Shown: piece by piece, positions 1-6,966 of the stretch
How the letters are laid out: each line of letters opens with the position of its first letter
How positions within the stretch are numbered: the first letter of the stretch is position 1
Source of the DNA: an uncultured Deferribacteres bacterium
GTDB lineage: Bacteria > Zhuqueibacterota > Zhuqueibacteria > Zhuqueibacterales > Geothermadaptataceae
Direction: 5' to 3'
Assembly (NCBI GenBank): GCA_964014485.1
Contig: CAXHAT010000249.1
Coordinates: forward strand, 1 to 10,049
DNA length: 10,049 bases
Made by a program: the position numbers and the translations under genes
The notes under the pieces: generated by a model
Told to the model about the DNA's origin: nothing
What the model saw: the letters and a program-made list of their open reading frames with translations, nothing else
Database searches by the model: none

Positions 1-8
1 GCAATGGA
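1..8 (+). other. Probable remnant of the i7 index barcode
   Basis: GCAATGGA lies immediately 5' of GTCTCGTGGGCTCGG, where the i7 index sits in Nextera-type P7 primers. Confidence 0.8.
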
Positions 9-42
9 GTCTCGTGGGCTCGGAGATGTGTATAAGAGACAG
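9..42 (+). other. Illumina Nextera read-2 transposase adapter (sequencing artefact), including the 19-bp Tn5 mosaic end at 24-42
   Basis: Exact GTCTCGTGGGCTCGG-AGATGTGTATAAGAGACAG at 9-42. It sits at the window edge, with the mosaic end abutting the insert as expected for tagmentation libraries. Confidence 0.99.
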
Positions 43-1005
43 ACGTCCAGCATTGGCGGCGTGACCCAAGCCTGGCTGACTTTTCGCTTTTGGAGCAAGG
101 CGTTTTTCTTACTCCGCAAAACCGACGCTTTTGCTATTCATTGTCAGGACTTGAATACAGTTCCCCCCGGTTTGCTCGCGTCAAAAATGATGAAAACGCC
201 CGTGATCTACGACGCTCATGATCCCTACCCGGAAATGTTCATGCTCTCCCAGCCTAAGTTCATCGTCCGGATAATGCAAGTGTTGGAGCGCTTCGTTTCC
301 CGGCAAGTAGATTACATCATCACTGTTAATCAACTGATGGCCGAGCGTTTTCGCAAAATGACCAACAAGCCGATTCAGGTTGTTTACAATTTTCCGGAGA
401 AGAGGCTGTTTCGTCCCCCAAATTCACCTAAAAAAAGTAACAAAGAAGAGTTGACCATCGGGAGAGTTGGCACGATTCAGCCGCGAACCGGAATTGAAGA
501 AATTGTTGCAGTTATGCAATCGAAGAGTCTTGGAAATCACCTCAAGCTTCTTCTCGTCGGACAGGTGACGCCGGATTTTGAAGAAGAATTTGAGAAGATC
601 ATTGCGCCCATCGCGGATCGTGTTGAAATGACGGGGTTTGTCCAGCCGGATCAGGTCCCCCAATTTTATGAACGGATTGACGTTTCGCTCATCTTTTATC
701 ATCCCACGCCGATCTTTCAATACCTGAGCCCGATGAAGCTTTTTGAGTCTATGGCAATGGGCGTTCCGGTTGTCGCTTCAGATATCGGCGATGTACGCTC
801 TTGTGTTGAGAAATTTGATTGCGGGATCGTTTTGAAAGATGGTTCCATTAGCGAGTTGCAAAAAGCGATTGAGTTCATGGAGAAAAACCCAAGCGAAAGA
901 ATGCGAATGAGAGAAAATGGGAAACACGCTGTTGAGGAAGAAATAAATTGGGAGACAGAGAGCCAAAAAATGAGTGCGTTTTATATGAATCTAACCAGTC
1001 TTTAA
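43..1005 (+). CDS. Glycosyltransferase family 4 (GT-B, WbuB-like subfamily), 5'-partial
   Basis: Open frame from the adapter junction to TAA at 1003-1005. Motifs include IHCQDL, PVIYDAHDPYPE, IITVN, VVYNFP, LLLVG, GFVQPDQVPQFY and SPMKLFESMAMGVPVVASD. The N-terminal MESRGLGDVYKRQ in the ORF track is adapter-derived, so the true start is outside the window. Confidence 0.93.
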   Translation, partial: TSSIGGVTQAWLTFRFWSKAFFLLRKTDAFAIHCQDLNTVPPGLLASKMMKTPVIYDAHDPYPEMFMLSQPKFIVRIMQVLERFVSRQVDYIITVNQLMAERFRKMTNKPIQVVYNFPEKRLFRPPNSPKKSNKEELTIGRVGTIQPRTGIEEIVAVMQSKSLGNHLKLLLVGQVTPDFEEEFEKIIAPIADRVEMTGFVQPDQVPQFYERIDVSLIFYHPTPIFQYLSPMKLFESMAMGVPVVASDIGDVRSCVEKFDCGIVLKDGSISELQKAIEFMEKNPSERMRMRENGKHAVEEEINWETESQKMSAFYMNLTSL

Positions 1006-1100
1006 ATCGACTTGGCTTCAATAGAAAAATACTAATTGTATGGTGAACGCCCGCCTAACTGGACTTCAATTAGCCGCTTATCGGATTCTCGAACCTGCTT

Positions 1101-2456
1101 CTAATCTTGATCAAGCCTTTGTAAAACCGCCAAACGATCTAAAGATGCAACGATCGCAAACATGCCCCAGATCACATTAAATATTTGAAGAGAATTGAAA
1201 AACGCGCTGATGAGAAAAGCGATTAGCGCAGTTTGCAGTGCTTCACAATTGGCAAACATTTTCATATTACCGCACTCAAAAAACTTTTTCCCCGCCGCTT
1301 TTAACCTTTTGAAGGCTACGACAAAAAAAGCGCAAAATGTGAGCATTGCAAATATTCCGCTCTCAGACCATAATTCAAGAAATGAATTGTGCGTGTCCAA
1401 ATGCTTGCCGATGTAGTTAATCGATAAAGGGGTAAAATTTCCCAGACCGACTCCATTAAAAGGATGCTGTTGAATAAGCTCAATGGCGCCGACGTAAAGT
1501 TTAAACCGCCATCGAAGCGACGGGTCTTTTTCCGGGTCGAGAATGAGGGCTAGTCTATCGACAAAATCTTCAGGCAAGTAGATTACGGCTAACACGGCCA
1601 CTAACAGAAAAAGCGCAACTGGCCATTTCCGTTCACGAAATTGCCAGGTTAGAATCATGAAAGCAACTCCGAGGGCTATAATGCCTGCTCGCGATACAGT
1701 CGCCGCCAAAGCAGCCACGGCGGCAAAAATTGCAACAATAAGAACCAAACGCGTCAGCCAATGCTTGTAAACTAACAAAAAGTAATAACACAGAAATGAA
1801 AAGGCGAAAAGGATATTTATGGCGAGGATATTAGGATTTCCTGAAACACCGCGAAGACGAAAAGCGATTTCGAGTACGTTCCCTTCTTGAACATTGGTCA
1901 GAAAATTATAAACCCCATACAGGCAGGAAAAGACAGCCGAAAAAATAATGACCCAGATAACGTTTTGAATGACGCGTTCGTTATTGAGCAAATCTACCAA
2001 TACAAAGTAGATCAGAAAAATTTTGGCGTACATCCAAAGCATGACGTAAGAAGGAGTTTGCCAGCGGGCGTCGAGCACGGAAACAAGAAGAAAAAAGACG
2101 TAGCACAGAATGAGCAAGCCGTTTGATTCAAGGTAAATTTGATCGTCCCGAACAATAAACTTGTGCAAAAGCCAAACGGCAAAAAAGAATGCGGTGACGA
2201 GAAAAAAGCCCCCCGGAAGTTCAAGACCTCGCGCGATTTGCGTGAAGAGAAAAAATGCAAATACGTAGGTCGTCAATTCAAGCGAGAAAAGAGCGTAGGT
2301 GAAAAGAAGCAGGCCGGGCAACAATACTAACCCGAGACGTTCGCCGCCCAAGTTGCTCGAAATATATAATATTGCGAGACAGACGGATAACAAAACCGCA
2401 AAATATATAAGCGCTTGTCCATGACGAAGAAAAGGTGACTTGAGTGAAGAATTCAT
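1101..2456 (-). CDS. O-antigen ligase/polymerase family (Wzy_C/WaaL-like) multi-pass membrane protein
   Basis: 451 aa with many hydrophobic segments. Family motifs include RLRGVSGNPNILA, TVSRAG, SLRWR..LY..A, HPFNGVGLGNF and THNSFLELWSESG (conserved Arg and His). The start overlaps the upstream GT4 stop (ATGA, 2453-2456). Confidence 0.88.
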   Translation of the reverse strand: MNSSLKSPFLRHGQALIYFAVLLSVCLAILYISSNLGGERLGLVLLPGLLLFTYALFSLELTTYVFAFFLFTQIARGLELPGGFFLVTAFFFAVWLLHKFIVRDDQIYLESNGLLILCYVFFLLVSVLDARWQTPSYVMLWMYAKIFLIYFVLVDLLNNERVIQNVIWVIIFSAVFSCLYGVYNFLTNVQEGNVLEIAFRLRGVSGNPNILAINILFAFSFLCYYFLLVYKHWLTRLVLIVAIFAAVAALAATVSRAGIIALGVAFMILTWQFRERKWPVALFLLVAVLAVIYLPEDFVDRLALILDPEKDPSLRWRFKLYVGAIELIQQHPFNGVGLGNFTPLSINYIGKHLDTHNSFLELWSESGIFAMLTFCAFFVVAFKRLKAAGKKFFECGNMKMFANCEALQTALIAFLISAFFNSLQIFNVIWGMFAIVASLDRLAVLQRLDQD

Positions 2457-3643
2457 TCTGTCTCTTTTCTACTGCTGGACAAATTACTATAGGAACTAGT
2501 AAGTTTCTTTGCATCAATGCTCCAATCTATCGCGATCAGCATGCTTTCAATATCTTCAGAATAATACGCATTCATTTGAAAATGTATTTTTTCGATTGCC
2601 TGGACAAAAGATTCGACCCTTTGTGAGCAAAAAATTTCACCCATGTTAAATTTCTCGACATTACGAGCCAATGGTTTCGCATCCGAGACAATCATTGGAC
2701 GGCGCAGAGCGGCGTACTGAAACAGTTTATGCGGAATCGTTGTGTTAATGAATGCGTTGCTCGGCTGAGGAATTAAACAAACGTCAGCGGCTTTCATATA
2801 TGACGGCATCTCCGCGAACGGCCGCCAGCCGGTGAATTCGACCAAATGTCCTATGCCTTCATTAGCGATCATTTGCTGCAATTCATCCTTATTCGGCCCG
2901 TCGCCGACCAGCAGCAAGCGGATGTTTGGGATTCTATTTTTCAAAGGCTTCAAGGCTCGAATCGGTACGTCCAGACCGCGATCGCGGGCAAAGCTTCCGG
3001 CGTAAAGCATGGTGAAATCATTCTCATATTTCTCGACGATTTCTTGCTTAATTGGCAATTGCAAAAACGTCTGCGTATCAACGCGATTTCCAACAACGGT
3101 AATTTTTTCTTCCGGTAAGCCGCGATTGATCAATTCCTGCTTGAATTCTTCCACGACTACGAGAATATGGTCAACTTTCCTGCTGACAAAATTATCCAGA
3201 AACTGGGCTAGCAATGGATTTTTGAGCGTGCGCGAAAGCCAATCCTTGCGTTGCCACGCTTCCAGCGCTGCTGGATAATTTTCGTGCATATCATAAATGA
3301 CCTGCACTTTCCTTCCCGCCGCCAGCAGAGCTAATGGCGCCATAGGTAAATCGTGGGCATGAACGATATTAATATTTTCTTTTTTGATTAGCCTACGCAC
3401 CGTAAATAGCCAGAACGGGTTTAAAAACAAGGGAAAATTAATGAAGCGATTAAACAACGCTAAAGACGTTATACGGCGCTGGCGACGAATATGGAGGCCG
3501 TCTATTGTTTCATCAGAAAGACCTTTGCTGTTTTTACAAAGAAGAAAAACGCGATACCCCGCTGCTATCAATGATTGCGCTTCCTTTTCAACTCGGATGT
3601 CTGGCGGAAAATTTTTTTGAAGGAGCATTAAGACGTTTTTCAT
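2453..3643 (-). CDS. Glycosyltransferase family 4 (WbuB-like subfamily)
   Basis: 396 aa. Motifs include FPPDIRVEKEA, VHAHDLP, IYDMHENYP, YAGSFARDRGLD, LLLVGDGP, FTGW, ADVCLIP and TIPHKLFQY...PMIVSD. Confidence 0.93.
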   Translation of the reverse strand: MKNVLMLLQKNFPPDIRVEKEAQSLIAAGYRVFLLCKNSKGLSDETIDGLHIRRQRRITSLALFNRFINFPLFLNPFWLFTVRRLIKKENINIVHAHDLPMAPLALLAAGRKVQVIYDMHENYPAALEAWQRKDWLSRTLKNPLLAQFLDNFVSRKVDHILVVVEEFKQELINRGLPEEKITVVGNRVDTQTFLQLPIKQEIVEKYENDFTMLYAGSFARDRGLDVPIRALKPLKNRIPNIRLLLVGDGPNKDELQQMIANEGIGHLVEFTGWRPFAEMPSYMKAADVCLIPQPSNAFINTTIPHKLFQYAALRRPMIVSDAKPLARNVEKFNMGEIFCSQRVESFVQAIEKIHFQMNAYYSEDIESMLIAIDWSIDAKKLTSSYSNLSSSRKETE

Positions 3644-3717
3644 ACAGACGACTTGGAAGCGAATGATTAGAATCTACAACCGAATTTGTTTCTATAAGTG
3701 ATGAACAGTGGGAGCGA

Positions 3718-5634
3718 TTAGAACCTTTCCTCAATCATCCCAAACCATTTCTCCAAATTGAACCAGCGCCAGATCACATAACTGGCATTTTCTTTTCCTG
3801 TTAGAAAACGTTCAAAATGTTTCTGCAAGACGGGCATGTTGTAAAAGCCGCGTTCACGCATTTTTTGTGAGTGAAACGTGTCGCGTATCGGCTCGTTCAG
3901 CGTTTCTCGAATCCATCGATGTTCCGGGCCAAAGAAGCCGATTTTATCACGTCGCTGCAAAATCGATTGTGGAAGTAAGTCCTGCAAGCTTTTGCGCATC
4001 AAGTATTTTGTTTCGCCCAGCCTGATTTTTTGCTCGGCAGGCACAGTAAAAAGAAATTCCACTAGGCGGTAATCAAGAAAAGGTACGCGAGACTCGAGCG
4101 AAAAGGCCATACTGTTTCGATCTTCCAAACGCAGCAGGTAAGGCAAGGTGTATGAAAAATCGTAGAAGTTACGGTTGAGAATACGGTCTGACGTGACTGA
4201 CTCGTAGCCTTTATAAAAGTCGCCGCCTGAGATGAGATCGCGGTTGATAACAGCTTTTTCCGGACTATTCAATAGGCGTTGGAGCCAGAAACGAAATTGC
4301 GCAGGCAATGAAAGCGAGAAAGCATGCAAAAACAATTTTAGTTGCGACGAGTGTTGATCTCTTGCAATACTTGAGAGTTCCTGTTGCAAGCGTCGCCATT
4401 GCCCGGTTTTGAGAAGGTGCAGAATCAACTCAGAGAAGTAAAAATCATAACCTGCAAGCAATTCATCGGCGCCTTGTCCGTCGAGCAAAACTTTAACGCC
4501 GGCTTCCTTAGCGAGCCGCATGACACGATAATGATGGTAAACGCTTGAACTCCAAAACGGCTCATCTTGAAAATAAATGACATCTTCCAGTTCGGCCAAG
4601 AGCTCGTCAGCTTTTGGAGTCACGTAATGTGCTTTGGCCTGAATCATCTCGACGGTTTCGCGAATGTATCGACTCTCGTCCATCGATTCGCCTTCAAAAA
4701 CAGCCGAAAACGTCGATAGTGGAAAGCCGTTTTGCGGCAGTTCGTGAATCGTCCGTACAATAGCCGTTGAATCCAGTCCGCCGCTCAAACATGTCCCGAC
4801 CGATACGTCGCTTCTCATTCGCAAACGGACGGAATCGGTGAACAATGTTTTAAAACGTTCCTGGTTTTTCAGCTCAGAATTCGGCTTGATATTGATGCGA
4901 TCACTCAGTCCATACCAAGCTTCAGTTTCAAAACGATCCTTATTGATGTTTAAATAATGGCCCGGAGCCAATCGTTTGATTGATTTGATCAAAGTTTGAT
5001 TGTCTTCATCCGTCACTCCCCAAGCCAAATAGCGCAAAATTTTGGTTGTATCCACTTCTGATGAAACGTCTTCCAAACAAAGCAGTGCTTTCATCTCAGA
5101 AGCAAAGTAAAAATTTGATCCAGTTTTCGTGTAATAGAACGGCTTTATGCCGTAGCGATCACGCGCACAAAACAAATTTTGGTTTTTGGTATCAAAAATT
5201 GCAAACGCCCACATGCCATTGAGTTTATGCAAGCATTCCCCACCCCACTCTTCATAGGCGTGCAAGATCACCTCTGAATCAGTTTGCGAGAAAAAGCGAT
5301 GACCTTTGGTAAGCAACTCGGACTTAAGTTCGATGTAATTATAGATTTCACCGTTAAAAATCAGCCATAGCGTACGATCTTCATTCGGCATCGGCTGACG
5401 CCCGTCTTCGCTAAGATCAATGATAGAGAGTCGTTTGTGGGATAGTGCAACATTGAACCGCTGGCTTTCCTCCGGGAAATCCCGATCGACCACGAGGTTT
5501 TTTGATTCTGAATCGAATGCCAAAATCCCATTATCATCCGGCCCTCTGTGCTCGATGGCGTTAGACATTCTGCGAAAAACTTCGTACTGGATCGACGACG
5601 CGTCCTGTTGATAAATTCCTGCAATTCCACACAT
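3718..5634 (-). CDS. asnB: Asparagine synthase (glutamine-hydrolysing) family amidotransferase, probably polysaccharide-amidating
   Basis: 638 aa. It has an N-terminal MCGIAG (Ntn nucleophile Cys2), HRGPD, RLSIID, QPM, FNGEIYNY, TDSEV, GMWAF, RDRYGIKPFYY, the PP-loop LSGGLDS, LDGQGADE and DRNSMAFSLESRVPFLD. Its position among GT genes suggests a glycan substrate (inference). Confidence 0.95.
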   Translation of the reverse strand: MCGIAGIYQQDASSIQYEVFRRMSNAIEHRGPDDNGILAFDSESKNLVVDRDFPEESQRFNVALSHKRLSIIDLSEDGRQPMPNEDRTLWLIFNGEIYNYIELKSELLTKGHRFFSQTDSEVILHAYEEWGGECLHKLNGMWAFAIFDTKNQNLFCARDRYGIKPFYYTKTGSNFYFASEMKALLCLEDVSSEVDTTKILRYLAWGVTDEDNQTLIKSIKRLAPGHYLNINKDRFETEAWYGLSDRINIKPNSELKNQERFKTLFTDSVRLRMRSDVSVGTCLSGGLDSTAIVRTIHELPQNGFPLSTFSAVFEGESMDESRYIRETVEMIQAKAHYVTPKADELLAELEDVIYFQDEPFWSSSVYHHYRVMRLAKEAGVKVLLDGQGADELLAGYDFYFSELILHLLKTGQWRRLQQELSSIARDQHSSQLKLFLHAFSLSLPAQFRFWLQRLLNSPEKAVINRDLISGGDFYKGYESVTSDRILNRNFYDFSYTLPYLLRLEDRNSMAFSLESRVPFLDYRLVEFLFTVPAEQKIRLGETKYLMRKSLQDLLPQSILQRRDKIGFFGPEHRWIRETLNEPIRDTFHSQKMRERGFYNMPVLQKHFERFLTGKENASYVIWRWFNLEKWFGMIEERF

Positions 5635-6845
5635 TACTTTGAACTTCTTGAGAAAAAGAAATCACGTAAAATTTTGGCGTTTTCTTTCGCGTTAAAATAA
5701 GATTGCACTCGGCTCAATGCGATTTTGCCATACTCTTTTCGTAGTTTTTCGGAAACGGTTAACTCTTCAATTTTTTTCTCCAAAGCAACCGAATCATGTG
5801 GGCAAACCAAGAAGTTTTCATACTCGCCGCCAAGAATCTCCTGTGCGCCTGGAATTTTCGTGCTGACAATCGGCAAGCCGCACGCTGCAGCTTCAACGAG
5901 TGCGTTCGGCGTCCCTTCCCAATGACTCGGCAAAATGAAAATATCAGCAGCGTTGTAAAAATCCGGAAGATCATGATGAGCCTGTGCGCCTGCCAGCATG
6001 ACTCTTTTATGCACCGTCTCGTTGCTTAACCACTCGTTAACTTGTTGTTCCATCATGTTTTCGCCGACAAAAAGCATCCGAAGGCAGGCATGGCGCTGAA
6101 AGAGGTTCGACATTGCAGGCATAATTTCCGCGATTCCTTTACGCTCCTGCAAATACCCCGTAAACAAAACAAGGGTTTCGTCTTCAGTCAGTCCTAGGCG
6201 GCTTCGTGTCACGGAGCGTTTCTCTCTATCCGGTTTAAAAACGCTCAAATTGCAGCCGCGATAAATGGTTTTCACATGGCTAGCGTCGCCAATCAATTTA
6301 TTGATTTCCGCTTTTAACCCGTTGCCATGGCTGATGATTCCGGCAAGGTTCTGCAGCGCACTTTGCGTTTTTCGCATCGTCAAGAAGTTTTCATGGGGAT
6401 GGGTCAGAACGTCATCTCCAATGGCGTAGCAAAAGCCGGGAACTCGGAATTTTTGACTTAGCCTCAGCACTGCGTCACCGTCTGGTATGATGGAATTCGC
6501 CAAAACAGCCTCAAATTTGAACTCGGTTCTGAGTTTCTTAACAACGGGTAGAATTGAGGCATACATTGATGCACCGCTGAAAGGCCTAAACCAACGACCT
6601 GGCGGTCGTAAATAGCGCGGATGGAGGATGTGAATATTTCCGATTTGGTTGTACGCGGGAATGTTATGATAGGCCTGCCATTTTGGGTTGGCTTTTGCCA
6701 ATATTCGAGGCGTGAAAGGAATCGGAGAGATGATACGAACTTCAACGCCTAGTTCAGTCAGCCTTTCCAATTGCCTTAGAACAAAAACGCCGAACATGGG
6801 GAATTCGGGGTTTGGGAAAAGATGGCTGATCGCAAGAAGTTTCAC
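5634..6845 (-). CDS. Glycosyltransferase family 4, TuaC/WlbH-like
   Basis: 403 aa with a GTG start and AGGA 6 nt upstream. Motifs include LFPNP...GVFV..Q, ISPIP, GDDV, LFTGYLQERKG and ADIFILPSHWEGTPNALVEAAACGLP (canonical E-x7-E). The TAA stop overlaps the asnB ATG (TAATG at 5632-5636). Confidence 0.92.
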   Translation of the reverse strand: MKLLAISHLFPNPEFPMFGVFVLRQLERLTELGVEVRIISPIPFTPRILAKANPKWQAYHNIPAYNQIGNIHILHPRYLRPPGRWFRPFSGASMYASILPVVKKLRTEFKFEAVLANSIIPDGDAVLRLSQKFRVPGFCYAIGDDVLTHPHENFLTMRKTQSALQNLAGIISHGNGLKAEINKLIGDASHVKTIYRGCNLSVFKPDREKRSVTRSRLGLTEDETLVLFTGYLQERKGIAEIMPAMSNLFQRHACLRMLFVGENMMEQQVNEWLSNETVHKRVMLAGAQAHHDLPDFYNAADIFILPSHWEGTPNALVEAAACGLPIVSTKIPGAQEILGGEYENFLVCPHDSVALEKKIEELTVSEKLRKEYGKIALSRVQSYFNAKENAKILRDFFFSRSSK

Positions 6846-6880
6846 AGATAATCCTGATGGAAGCGCAAAAGTTTTCCGTA

Positions 6881-6909
6881 AATTTACTCGCGCTCATTTA
6901 AAGATGCAA
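6881..6909 (-). promoter_or_regulatory. Candidate sigma70-type promoter for the GT4-asnB-GT4-ligase operon
   Basis: The minus strand reads TTGCAT (6909-6904), a 17-nt spacer, then TAAATT (6886-6881), about 35 nt upstream of the GTG start. This is only a partial match to consensus. Confidence 0.35.
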
Positions 6910-6966
6910 GCAGTGCGTCTCAGTTTCGTTCTCAAAAGATGTTGTTTACTGCAAAATCATTCGAAA

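Noticed and set aside
24..42. Tn5/IS50 end suggesting a real transposon insertion
   Set aside because: It is the synthetic mosaic end joined to the Nextera primer tail, with no transposase or second end. This is a library artefact.
4..42. ATG start and N-terminal 13 aa of ORF 4..1005
   Set aside because: These are encoded entirely by index and adapter sequence.
1006..1100. Possible terminator between the convergent GT4 and ligase genes
   Set aside because: Only weak ~7-bp AT-rich stems (CTAATTG/CAATTAG) are present, with no GC-rich stem plus U-tract.
3718..5634. Lasso-peptide cyclase or beta-lactam synthetase interpretation of the AsnB homologue
   Set aside because: It has an intact Cys2 glutaminase domain and a glycosyltransferase context. 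No precursor peptide, B protein or RRE gene is nearby.
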